DNA from: an uncultured Acidimicrobiaceae bacterium | Lineage (GTDB): Bacteria; Actinomycetota; Acidimicrobiia; Acidimicrobiales; Bog-793 | Assembly (NCBI GenBank): GCA_963761425.1 | Contig: CAVXGQ010000002.1 | Coordinates: 714-64,713 of the forward strand | DNA: 64,000 nucleotides | Direction of reading: 5' to 3' | Part shown: piece after piece, positions 9,302-18,191 of the stretch | Layout of the letters: each line of letters begins with the position of its first letter | Numbering within the stretch: position 1 is the first letter of the stretch | The notes under the pieces: generated by a model | Seen by the model: only the letters and a program-made list of their open reading frames with translations | What the model was told of the DNA's origin: nothing | Databases searched by the model: none | Program-made: the position numbers and the translations under genes

Positions 9302-9817
9302 AAACGCCCGATCGTGCTCCTGGTGACCCAGATGGTTCCCGGGATATCGCTGAGTTTGTCCTTCTACAACCTGTTCAAGCACATCGACCTCCCCAACACC
9401 ATTCCCGGCCCCATCCTCGGCGACTCGACAAGCGGTGTGCCCTTTGCTGTGCTCGTCCTGCGGGCCCACATGTCGTCGACACCTGTCGAGCTGTCAGACG
9501 CCGCCTACGTCGACGGCACCAGCGAGTGGCGCACGTTCCGTTCGGTCATCGCACCCCTTGTGTTGCCGGCGATAGTCACCGCAGGGCTGTTCGTTTTCCT
9601 GTTCGCCTGGGGCGATTTCATCTACGCGTATACCCTCAGTACTGGCGGCCTCACCCCGTTGACGTTGGGGATATACAAGTTCTTCACCAACGACCACATC
9701 AACTGGGGCCCGATACTGGCTTCGGTTGTGTTTGCCGCCGTCCCGGCAGGCTTGATCCTAGGTTTCGGGCAGCGCTATGTATATGGCGGGATGCGAGCCG
9801 GAGCGCTCAAAGGCTGA
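9302..9817 (+). pseudogene. carbohydrate ABC-transporter permease, N-terminally truncated (C-terminal ~170 aa)
   Basis: ORF 9314..9817 contains the EAA-loop region (ELSDAAYVDGTSEWRTFRSVIAPLVLPA) and terminal TM helices. The reading frame is open only from 9299, directly abutting the IS630 stump. Confidence 0.75.
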
Positions 9818-9848
9818 TAAGAAGTGCGACTTCTAGAAAGGTGCCTAA

Positions 9849-11867
9849 ATGTTCGACGACAGCGCCGCAGTGATTGAGTACTGCTCGGGCCACGAGCGCT
9901 TGCGCTTGGAGGCTTGGGGCAACGACTCGATCAGAGTCCGTGCCAGCCGGGGGCAGGTAGCCGAGGACATACCGGGCGCGCTCATCGCGGCCGGCTCGCC
10001 TGCTGCAGCTGGGGCGAGCAGCGACGAGGCAACCCTTGTCAACGGGAAACTCAGGGCGCAAATCTCTCGCGAAGGACTGGTCAGCTTCTGGCGCTCTGAT
10101 GACGGCAGGGAGCTGTTATCCGAAGAGAAGGCCCACTTCTGGTGGCCTGGCTCGCGCTTGTTCTTGGCCAATGGCAATGGGCATTACCGCATAGAGCAAC
10201 GCTTCAAGGCGTACGGCGGGGAGAAGCTCTACGGACTCGGCCAGCACCTCCATGGGCGCTTCGACCAAAAGGGCTTGGTCATAGATCTGGTCCAACGCAA
10301 CGCGGAGGTCTCGATCCCGTTCATGGTGTCGGACAGGGGCTACGGGTTCCTGTGGAACTCCCCAGCTGTCGGACGCGTGGAGCTGGCCGTCAACGGCACT
10401 CGCTGGGTGGCAGATAGCGCGCGCCAGATTGACTACTGGGTGACCGCAGGCGACAACCCCGCCGAGATCCTCTCGCACTACGCCGACGCCACCGGGCACT
10501 CGCCAGAGCTACCGTCCTGGGCAAGTGGCTTCTGGCAGAGCAAGCTTCGCTACCGGACCCAGGAGGAGCTGCTGGCCGTCGCTCGGGAATACCACCGCAG
10601 AGGGGTCCCGCTGGCGGTGATCGTGAGCGACTTCTTCCACTGGGAATATCTCGGGGACTGGAGCTTCCATTTGGTGGACTGGCCCGATCCGGCAGCAATG
10701 GTGAGCGAGCTCGAATCCATGGGCACCAAGCTCATGGTCTCGGTCTGGCCCTCCCTCAGCCCTCTCTCGGCCAACTTCAAGCCTATGTTGGAGCGTGGTT
10801 TACTGATCTCTAGCGAGCAGAGCGTCACCGTTCATACCACCTGGCCCGAGCGGGGTCTTAACAATTTCATTGGCGCCGCCTTCTACGACCCGACAAACCC
10901 TGAGGCGCGCGAGTACCTCTGGGAGCAGATCGAGAAGAGCTACTACAAGGCGGGAGTCCGGGTCTTCTGGCTCGACGCCTGTGAACCCGAGATGCAGCCC
11001 GCCTGCCCGGGGAGCCTGAAATTCGCCGCGGGCCCGGGGCTCGAGGTTGCCAACCTCTATCCGCGTGAGCACGCCCGCGCCTTCTACGAAGGCATGGTCG
11101 GACGCGGAGAGGAAGAGGTGCTGATGCTGTGCCGGTCTGCTTGGGCCGGCAGCCAGCGCTACGGAGCAGCGGTCTGGTCAGGGGACATACCGTCCACCTT
11201 TGAATCGCTTGCCATCCAGGTTCGTGCGGGTCTCAATATGGCCATGAGTGGCATCCCGTGGTGGACGACTGATATCGGTGGTTTCTTCGGGGGGAATCCT
11301 GAGGATCCCAGCTTCCGGGAGCTCGTTGTGCGCTGGTTCGAGTTCGGGGCGTTCTGCCCGCTGTTCCGCCTGCACGGGGACCGCATGCCCAATATGCCGA
11401 TGAGGTCCGATATGACCGGCGGCCCGAACGAAATCTGGTCCTTCGGTGACGAGGCCTACCGCATCGCGAGGGACTACATCTTCCTGCGGGAACGGCTGCG
11501 ACCGTACTTGCACGACCAGGCCAGGGAAACCAGCAGGACGGGAATGCCGATCATGCGCCCGCTCTTCCTCGAGTTCCCGGAGGATCAAAGCTCCTGGGAT
11601 GTCGACGACCAGTTCATGTTCGGCCGAGACCTACTCGTGGCGCCGGTGTTGGAGCAGGGGGCCAGGGAGCGCAGTGTCTATCTTCCAGCTGGGGCCGAGT
11701 GGACGAACGCTCGGTCTGGCGCAGGCGCACCGGGCGGTGCAATGGTAATTGTCGAGGCGCCTCTGGAGCAGATCCCTCTTTTCGTCCGCGATGGGGCGCG
11801 CCTCCCTATCGGAGGACCGCAACGCTATGACTTGCGGGGTCGAGAAACCGAAGAGCATGTCGCATAG
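9849..11867 (+). CDS. glycoside hydrolase family 31 (alpha-xylosidase/alpha-glucosidase-like)
   Basis: 672-aa ORF with GH31 blocks (GFWQSKLRY, VIVSDFFHW, VRVFWLDACEPE, AVWSGDI, WWTTDIGGF). Confidence 0.9.
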   Translation: MFDDSAAVIEYCSGHERLRLEAWGNDSIRVRASRGQVAEDIPGALIAAGSPAAAGASSDEATLVNGKLRAQISREGLVSFWRSDDGRELLSEEKAHFWWPGSRLFLANGNGHYRIEQRFKAYGGEKLYGLGQHLHGRFDQKGLVIDLVQRNAEVSIPFMVSDRGYGFLWNSPAVGRVELAVNGTRWVADSARQIDYWVTAGDNPAEILSHYADATGHSPELPSWASGFWQSKLRYRTQEELLAVAREYHRRGVPLAVIVSDFFHWEYLGDWSFHLVDWPDPAAMVSELESMGTKLMVSVWPSLSPLSANFKPMLERGLLISSEQSVTVHTTWPERGLNNFIGAAFYDPTNPEAREYLWEQIEKSYYKAGVRVFWLDACEPEMQPACPGSLKFAAGPGLEVANLYPREHARAFYEGMVGRGEEEVLMLCRSAWAGSQRYGAAVWSGDIPSTFESLAIQVRAGLNMAMSGIPWWTTDIGGFFGGNPEDPSFRELVVRWFEFGAFCPLFRLHGDRMPNMPMRSDMTGGPNEIWSFGDEAYRIARDYIFLRERLRPYLHDQARETSRTGMPIMRPLFLEFPEDQSSWDVDDQFMFGRDLLVAPVLEQGARERSVYLPAGAEWTNARSGAGAPGGAMVIVEAPLEQIPLFVRDGARLPIGGPQRYDLRGRETEEHVA

Positions 11868-12068
11868 CGGGACGACAGACCCTACTTCGATAGCTGGCCA
11901 CGTTGGCGCTTAGCATGCTCGACAGAAGCGACAAGAATTGCATCACGTGTTCCGCCAGCAGAAACGAGAAAAGCTTTTCGTCGGTCCGGCGCTCCCCCGA
12001 GACGGCGAAGGTCCGGAAGGCGCGAAGGTCGCCAGGGAAGGGCAGTTGATGAACACCAAGGAGGTCTC

Positions 12069-13265
12069 ATGGCAGAGGTGAGTCTGGAGAAGATAGGCAA
12101 GGTCTACCCCAATGGTTTCCCTGCGGTGACCGATCTGGATTTGGACGTGGCCGAGGGGGAGCTCGTGGTCCTGGTCGGACCGTCTGGCTCCGGCAAGACG
12201 ACCGCGTTGAGGATGGTCGCGGGCCTGGAGGACATCACCTCGGGGACCCTGCGCCTGGGGGGCGAAGTGGTGAACGACATGTCCCCCAAGGACCGCAACG
12301 TGGCCATGGTGTTTCAGAACTACGCCCTCTATCCCCACATGACCGTGGAAGAGAACATCGGCTTCGCCCTGAAGCTCCGCAAGGTCCCCAAGAAGGAGAT
12401 CAGGGTGAAAGTCCGCGCCGCCGCTGACCTGTTGGGTCTCGCGGAATACCTGAGAAGAAAGCCCGCCCAGCTCTCCGGCGGCCAGCGCCAGCGCGTGGCC
12501 ATGGGCCGGGCGATCGTGCGCGAGCCCTCGGTGTTCTTGATGGACGAGCCGCTGTCCAACCTCGACGCCAAGATGCGCGTCCAGATGCGCGCTGAGATCT
12601 CCCGCATCCAACGCCGGGTCGGGGTCGCGACCCTGTACGTCACCCACGACCAGGTGGAGGCGATGACGATGGGCGATCGGGTAGCGGTACTGCACCTGGG
12701 AAAGCTCCAGCAGTGCGGCTCACCCCAGTCCCTCTACGAGCACCCCGACAACCTCTTCGTGGCTGCCTTCATCGGCTCGCCTGCAATGAACCTCTACGAG
12801 GCCGTCGTCTCCCCCGAGGCCGACGAGGTGCGGCTCGGGGCGCAGTCCCTGGCCCTCTCCGAGCATGTCTTGGCGGCTCATCCGGCGCTACGCGGCTACC
12901 GGGACCGCAAGGTCGTCGTCGGTGTCCGCCCCGAGGAGCTCGCCGATGCCGCCCTGGGACCGCCGCCCGCACCAGGGTCCACGCTGGTTGCCGACGTGGA
13001 GCTGGTGGAGTCGCTCGGCAACGAGTTGCAAGTGCACTTCCTGATCGACGCCACGCGCGCCCGTTCCGAGGACACCGCCGCAGCCAGCGGGGATTCGGAG
13101 CTGGGCGAGGCATCGAAGCTCCAGCCCGGGGGGACGAAGTCCGAAGGGGTGGCGCGGATAGCGCCCCGCTCCGAGCTCAAAGCCGGCTCACGCGCCACCT
13201 TCGCCGTCGACACCGAGCAGCTGCACTTCTTCGACCTCGACAGGGGGTCCGCAATCTGGAACTGA
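12069..13265 (+). CDS. sugar ABC-transporter ATP-binding protein, MalK/MsiK/UgpC type
   Basis: It has Walker A GPSGSGKTT, the signature LSGGQRQRVAMGRA, Walker B VFLMDEPLSNLD and a C-terminal MalK-type regulatory domain. A strong RBS, AAGGAGG, lies 5 nt upstream of the ATG. Confidence 0.92.
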   Translation: MAEVSLEKIGKVYPNGFPAVTDLDLDVAEGELVVLVGPSGSGKTTALRMVAGLEDITSGTLRLGGEVVNDMSPKDRNVAMVFQNYALYPHMTVEENIGFALKLRKVPKKEIRVKVRAAADLLGLAEYLRRKPAQLSGGQRQRVAMGRAIVREPSVFLMDEPLSNLDAKMRVQMRAEISRIQRRVGVATLYVTHDQVEAMTMGDRVAVLHLGKLQQCGSPQSLYEHPDNLFVAAFIGSPAMNLYEAVVSPEADEVRLGAQSLALSEHVLAAHPALRGYRDRKVVVGVRPEELADAALGPPPAPGSTLVADVELVESLGNELQVHFLIDATRARSEDTAAASGDSELGEASKLQPGGTKSEGVARIAPRSELKAGSRATFAVDTEQLHFFDLDRGSAIWN

Positions 13266-13447
13266 CGAGGCGCTAAACGACTGCCGCGCTCCTGTCGGCG
13301 ACACCGTTCATCGTGCTCAATGTCCTCTTGCGCCGCCAGTGAGCGCGGGGGCTGAGCGGTGTTGCCATGCGGTGAGTGGCTCTGCCGGGCCAAGCGGCCG
13401 ACAAGCGTCCTTTTCAGCTGGACCGCAAGGTCCCGACCATCACAAGG

Positions 13448-14757
13448 TGAAGGGTCCAATAGCTTGATCCTGATCTTGCCTGGCCCGTACGAACGCGTCT
13501 GAAAGAAGCACCTATACGCGCCAAGGGCGATGCCGCTGTCAGCAGCGTGCGCATTGAGATCCGGGTCTTCTGCTCCCGAAGCGTTGGGAAGTGTGGCGGC
13601 GGTAGAGCCGAGGGAGTCGCGAGGGGGACTGATCAGGCGGCGAGCTCGTACTCGTGGATCAGCCCGCCGAGGAGGTCGCGGCGGCGGATCTTCTTGGCTT
13701 CGTTAGCCACGACCGCTGGCCGCGGAGGCGTGAGGTCGAGACCGCGATGCGGTCGGGACCGGTTGTAGTGCGTGACGTACTCGGTGAGGATCGTCTCCAG
13801 ATGGTGCCGGGAGAGCACGAGCAAGTGGTCGAGGCAGTCCTCGCGCACGGTGCGCACCCAGCGCTCGGCGAACGCGTTCGCCTTCGGGGAACGTACCGGG
13901 GTCATGATGGTTTCGGCGCCAATCGAAGCGAAGACCTCGTCGAAGCTGGCGCTGAACTTGCTGTCGCGGTCACGGATGAGGAACCGCACCCGCCGTCCTG
14001 CGTCCTCGAGGTCGGCACAGAAGTTGCGAGCGGCCTGAGTGACCCAGGGGCCGTTGGGGTTGGTGGTGGCGCCGAGGATGTGCACGACCCGCCGCTCCAA
14101 CTCGATCACGAAGAGCACGTAGTAGCGGCGAAGGAGCACAGTATCGACGGTGAAGAAGTCGGTGGCCACGATGCCCTTGGCCTGGACGCGGAGGAACTCG
14201 GTCCAGCTCGGTCCGATTCGGCGCGGCGCTGGCGGAAGCCGATGACGTCGCAGGACATTGGTCACGCTGCCCTTGGAGACGGTGACCCCGAGCTTCTTCA
14301 GCTCGCCGACGATGCGCAGGTAGCCCCAGCGCGGGTTCTGCCGGGCGAGACGGAGGATCAGTTCGACCGTCTCCTCCGATAGGGGAGGTCGTCCCGGCTG
14401 GTGGTGCGGGTACGTCCAGCGGCGCCGGACGAGCATCCGATGCCAGCGCAGGATCGTCTCAGGCGTGATGAGGAAGGCAGCCCAACGCTCCCGAGGCACG
14501 ACCTTGGCCAGGGCGGCAACGATGGCCCGGTCGGACCAGCTGAACCGGGGCCGTGCGACCTGACGGCGCAGGACGGCCAGCTGCTGGCGGAGGACCAGGA
14601 TCTCCGCATCCTTGGCGACGGCGTCCATGTGATGGATGCGCAAGACATCGGCGACGCGACGGACCAGGCGGTAGAGGAAACTGAGCGCCACGACGTGGCA
14701 GGATCGCCGTTCCGATCGTGCCTGGTCAAGCTCACGACCGGGTTGTTGGACCCTTCA
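13448..14757 (-). mobile_element. IS481-like insertion sequence (~1.3 kb)
   Basis: A 12-bp terminal inverted repeat, TGAAGGGTCCAA (13448-13459) / TTGGACCCTTCA (14746-14757), flanks a single integrase-core transposase ORF. Confidence 0.7.
13633..14691 (-). CDS. IS481/IS3-superfamily transposase (rve integrase core)
   Basis: 352-aa ORF reading ..RLARQNPRWGYLRIVGELKKLG..WTEFLRVQAKGIVATDFFTVDT..FLIRDRDSKF..SPKANAFAERWVRTVREDCLDH..YNRSRPHRGL. Confidence 0.9.
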   Translation of the reverse strand: MALSFLYRLVRRVADVLRIHHMDAVAKDAEILVLRQQLAVLRRQVARPRFSWSDRAIVAALAKVVPRERWAAFLITPETILRWHRMLVRRRWTYPHHQPGRPPLSEETVELILRLARQNPRWGYLRIVGELKKLGVTVSKGSVTNVLRRHRLPPAPRRIGPSWTEFLRVQAKGIVATDFFTVDTVLLRRYYVLFVIELERRVVHILGATTNPNGPWVTQAARNFCADLEDAGRRVRFLIRDRDSKFSASFDEVFASIGAETIMTPVRSPKANAFAERWVRTVREDCLDHLLVLSRHHLETILTEYVTHYNRSRPHRGLDLTPPRPAVVANEAKKIRRRDLLGGLIHEYELAA

Positions 14758-14837
14758 GGCAGGTCAGCCTGAAAACCGAACCCCGTGCTGTACCCACTTG
14801 CCTTCATTGATACGATGACGTTAAGCTTAGTAGTGTT

Positions 14838-15233
14838 ATGGCCGCGTCGAACAAGTACTCCAGGAGCACCCAAGAGTCGCGTCTCCGTCTGGCGGCAGTA
14901 AACCGCAACGACCCCACCTTGCTCCACGAACAGGTGGCCGTCGAGATTCGTCGCGCGATCGCAGATGGTGAAGCCGGCCCGGGCGACCGCATCCCCCAGG
15001 CGAAGGATCTCGCGACCGTCCTTGGCGTGAACACCAACACCGTGCTGCGTGCCCTTCGGGTCCTCCGGGACCAAGGACTGCTCGAGGTCGGACGAGGACG
15101 CGCCATCCGCGTCGCCGGCACGCCGGAGCGCAGCCAGGTCATCGAGCGCATGAAGGAACTCATCGAACTCGGTCGCCGCACCGGGTACCGACCCGAGGAC
15201 CTTGTCGAGCTCCTGCAACACCTGTCCGGCTAG
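14838..15233 (+). CDS. small GntR-family (YhcF-like) transcriptional regulator
   Basis: Winged HTH LHEQVAVEIRRAIADGEAGPGDRIPQAKDLATVLGVNTNTVLRALRVLRDQGLLEV. Its stop lies 8 nt before the next gene. Confidence 0.85.
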   Translation: MAASNKYSRSTQESRLRLAAVNRNDPTLLHEQVAVEIRRAIADGEAGPGDRIPQAKDLATVLGVNTNTVLRALRVLRDQGLLEVGRGRAIRVAGTPERSQVIERMKELIELGRRTGYRPEDLVELLQHLSG

Positions 15234-15241
15234 GAGCGGCA

Positions 15242-16267
15242 ATGACACTTCTCGACCCGCGGTCACGGATCGGCGACCTCAGCGACCCGATGGAGCCCCA
15301 AGCGCTCCTCGCCGAGGCGAGACGGAGGACGCGCCGACGCCGGCTCGGATTCGCCATTGTGACCGTGCTTGTCCTGGGCCTAGCTGCGACGATCGTCGCC
15401 CTTGTCATGACGCCGCCTTCGAGGCCGAAGGGTTTTCTGGCTCCCCCGAATTCGGGCGCGCTCCCGACTGGAGCAATGGTCAACCTGCAACTCGCCGGTT
15501 CACTCGCCGTGGGTCCGACGGGCGCGCTGTACGTCGCCGCTCCCTTGCAGCACCGAATTCTTGTTCTCCTGCCAGATGGCAAGTTCCGCGCCGTCGCGGG
15601 GAGCGGGAAAAGCGGCTACGCCGGGGACGGCGGACCCGCGATCGACGCCGATCTCTCGAATCCCTACGACCTCACCTTTGGACCCAATGGAAGCCTCTAC
15701 TTCGCCGACGCCGGTCGCATCCGAGAGATCCACTCCAACGGAACCATCCAGACGATCGCTGGAAACGGGGTGGATTCCGCGGCGCTGCCCGCACATCCGT
15801 TGCCGCTAATTGTGAACGGCGCCCCCGCCCCATCCACGTCGCTCGGTTGGCAACCCAATTTCGCAGTTGGACGCAACGGTCAGCTCGTGGTCGCTACCAC
15901 TCGCCAACTGCTGCGTCTCGAAGATGGCCGTTTCGAGCAGATCGCCACCCATCGAATGTCGTTCAGAAAAGTGCATTACATGCCAAACAGCCTCGACATG
16001 AATCTGGGTGCGATCGCCATCGACGCACGTGGGAACCTCGACGTCACCGGTTTCAACGGCTGGGGTGTCTGGCGAGTTGAACCCAACGGCGATGCCTACT
16101 ACCTCGGTTACGCGCGACAAAGCGGTGGTGACCATGGCCTGTTAACCGAGGGACCGGGCGGGGCGATCTACGTCGACAGCTTCTCGGCAATCATGCGGCT
16201 CGGTCGCTCGGGACTCGTCATGGCGGACAACCTCAGCAAGATCAACCTTCGCAGCGAGTACTTCTGA
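15242..16267 (+). CDS. membrane-anchored NHL-repeat protein; in-frame TGA with a further 53 coding-like codons (to 16429)
   Basis: It has an N-terminal TM helix (LGFAIVTVLVLGLAATIVALV). NHL-type repeats follow (GSGKSGYAGDGGPAIDADLSNPYDLTFGPNGSLYFAD). After TGA 16265-16267 the same frame continues LTSFSFAPGGVIYADELPGDGG... Confidence 0.75.
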   Translation: MTLLDPRSRIGDLSDPMEPQALLAEARRRTRRRRLGFAIVTVLVLGLAATIVALVMTPPSRPKGFLAPPNSGALPTGAMVNLQLAGSLAVGPTGALYVAAPLQHRILVLLPDGKFRAVAGSGKSGYAGDGGPAIDADLSNPYDLTFGPNGSLYFADAGRIREIHSNGTIQTIAGNGVDSAALPAHPLPLIVNGAPAPSTSLGWQPNFAVGRNGQLVVATTRQLLRLEDGRFEQIATHRMSFRKVHYMPNSLDMNLGAIAIDARGNLDVTGFNGWGVWRVEPNGDAYYLGYARQSGGDHGLLTEGPGGAIYVDSFSAIMRLGRSGLVMADNLSKINLRSEYF

Positions 16268-16523
16268 CTGACCTCCTTCTCGTTCGCCCCAGGCGGTGTC
16301 ATCTACGCCGATGAGCTACCCGGAGACGGCGGTTTCGAAGCGCACCAGCAGCTGATCGCCTTCAAGGCGGGCCAGGCACACCTGCTATGGCAAGAGCCTC
16401 GGGGCGTGCAGGCGGGACCTGCCAACTAGTGAAGCCTGACCACGGGTTGGACCGCTGGGTGTCGATGAAGGCGACTACCTCTTTTGTCGACCGTCGAGCG
16501 TCCAATGCCCCTTAAGAAGCGCG

Positions 16524-16695
16524 TTCGTGTAGCCATTTCTGTAGCCAAGCCCTCAGACCCGACTGGACGCGGACAGGCATCCGCGGACACAAGCACCTGG
16601 TCAGAGCCGCTCGGTGGACTCTGGTGGACGTCCGGATACCCGTTCGATTTCCCTGGGGGTCAAGAGGCCCCGGGTTCAAATCCCGGCAGCCCGAC
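16524..16695 (+). repeat. copy 1 of a ~173-bp repeat ending in the 3' half of tRNA-Pro(GGG) (att-like)
   Basis: The last 43 nt, CTGGGGGTCAAGAGGCCCCGGGTTCAAATCCCGGCAGCCCGAC (16653-16695), run from the anticodon loop through the T arm, acceptor 3' strand, discriminator A and a C. No matching 5' half lies upstream. It is about 85 percent identical to 29623-29796. Confidence 0.75.
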
Positions 16696-16881
16696 GGGGA
16701 AGTCACAGTTCAGCGGCCGAGTATTTCCTGTCGGCAACCTGCACCGAATCGGCGGTCAGGGGCACATGACAGCGGTAAGGCGATTGATATTCGGGGATAC
16801 CCGGAACGACTTGGCTCGATTGGCATTCAGGGATAGCAGCCTGATGCCGTCGATTGAATCTCGGCGCTCCTCGTCAAGCGC

Positions 16882-17274
16882 CTAGCGAGTAGCTGTCGGC
16901 TGGCGGACGGATTCGGCACCTTTGTCCTTGGGCGGGCGAACGATGACCAGGGCCATTCCGGCCAACGTCATTGAGGCAAAGACTGGAACCGCGAAGGGCG
17001 CGAGTCGGGCTCCGAACCACAGCTCGAACATCGGGACGTCGTCTCCGGTTCGTCGCTGGAAGATCCCAAGTGGACATCCTTTGGCGGCGATTAGCGCGAG
17101 TCCCTCGCCGACGAGAACGACTTCTGCCAGCCGGAGCCACGCGTCACGTCTCCGAACGAGCGCGCAGAACCACAAGTAACCCAAACACCCCAGCTCACCG
17201 ACGCCGATTGCATTGTGTACGAGTCGGAGCAGCCGGGCACCACCGCTGAGCGCTGGCCCATCGCGACGTCTCAC
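16882..17274 (-). CDS. hypothetical small membrane protein
   Basis: 130-aa ORF with 3-4 hydrophobic helices (LGCLGYLWFCALV, VVLVGEGLALIAA, FAVPVFASMTLAGMALVIV). No family was recognised. Confidence 0.5.
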   Translation of the reverse strand: MRRRDGPALSGGARLLRLVHNAIGVGELGCLGYLWFCALVRRRDAWLRLAEVVLVGEGLALIAAKGCPLGIFQRRTGDDVPMFELWFGARLAPFAVPVFASMTLAGMALVIVRPPKDKGAESVRQPTATR

Positions 17275-17417
17275 CGATCGAAATCATGACACCGGGTCCT
17301 CGGAAGCTCCCCGATGCCTGCACTGGACGCCGCGACGGAAACAGCTGGTTATGAACGGCGTTCTGTGACAGTCCGCGATCCGTCACTAGTGTCCAGGTCG
17401 CCCATGAGAGAGCGCAC

Positions 17418-17609
17418 TTGACCGTCACGAAGTTGAACCGGCAATGGCACGAGCAACACCGCTTGGGAACGGCCGCGAGCCTTGACGATCGTGTGCGGTG
17501 GCACCTCGAACACGCCAAAGTCTGTGCGTGTCGACCGATCCCGCCTCGCGTGCTCGACGAGATCAAACGACGCAGGGAACTGCCTAGCCAAGGCTCAGCA
17601 AAGTCATAG
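17418..17609 (+). CDS. small conserved hypothetical protein (Cys-x-Cys)
   Basis: The 63-aa sequence LNRQWHEQHRLGTAASLDDRVRWHLEHAKVCACRPIPPRVLDEIKRR resembles a widespread small protein family of the form ..WH..H.MP.N.tl..Ri.WH.eHa..C.CR.iP.. This is recalled from memory, not searched. It uses a TTG start. Confidence 0.55.
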   Translation: MTVTKLNRQWHEQHRLGTAASLDDRVRWHLEHAKVCACRPIPPRVLDEIKRRRELPSQGSAKS

Positions 17610-17686
17610 CCCGCGTCCGGCGATCTGGGGCGGATCAATCTGCGATGAGAGTCTTGGCAATCGGAGAAGGTCCCGAAGGAGGACGC

Positions 17687-18109
17687 ATGATCCAGGTTTC
17701 GATCATCAAGAGGACCTTGAGACAGGGCAAGACCTACGACGATTTCCGCCACGCCTGGTACCACTCGGTTGGCTTCGGCACGGCCAACAAGATGCTCACC
17801 ATGCTCAACGTTGCCAATCCCCGCGAGATCATCGTCATCGGGCTGACAGAGACGACCTTGGAACAGGCGGGTGCGCTGATTGCCCTAGACGCCAACGAAC
17901 GTGGCGAACATCCCCTCGACGACGTCATCGAGCCGCAGATCGATCGAACTTTCGGGATCCTCGTATCGGAGGACGATTTTTCGGAGCCGGGAGAGATCGA
18001 ATACAAGCCGGCCACTGTCAACGGCGAGGTCACCGACATGGCAGAGGCTGAAGCAGCATTACAAGCTGGCGCCCGCCTCCTCGCCGCCTATCTTCGCAAG
18101 AGCGTTTAG
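17687..18109 (+). CDS. hypothetical protein
   Basis: ORF 17645..18109. The likely start is MIQVSIIKRTL at 17687, preceded by GAAGGAGG. No family was recognised. Confidence 0.55.
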   Translation: MIQVSIIKRTLRQGKTYDDFRHAWYHSVGFGTANKMLTMLNVANPREIIVIGLTETTLEQAGALIALDANERGEHPLDDVIEPQIDRTFGILVSEDDFSEPGEIEYKPATVNGEVTDMAEAEAALQAGARLLAAYLRKSV

Positions 18110-18191
18110 GGCGCGTATCTATGGGGATCGGGCCGCAATGCACACCCGGCGGTCAGGGGCGCCTCTGGTACGCCTTGAGTAGGGTGACGGC

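Noticed and set aside
16265-16267. Selenocysteine (UGA recoding) in the NHL-repeat gene
   Set aside because: There is no SECIS-like stem-loop in the 40 nt after the UGA, no Cys or redox context and no sel genes in the window. A nonsense mutation or sequencing error is more likely.
16442-16695. Possible tmRNA or other complete tRNA-like RNA. CGGGTTG at 16442-16448 could pair with the 3' strand CAGCCCG, and the T arm resembles actinobacterial ssrA 3' ends.
   Set aside because: There is no G3:U70 pair, no recognisable tag-peptide reading frame ending in ..AA-stop and no D-arm or pseudoknot pattern. The second copy (29623-29796) lacks any 5' partner. The 43-nt end matches a tRNA-Pro(GGG) 3' half much better.
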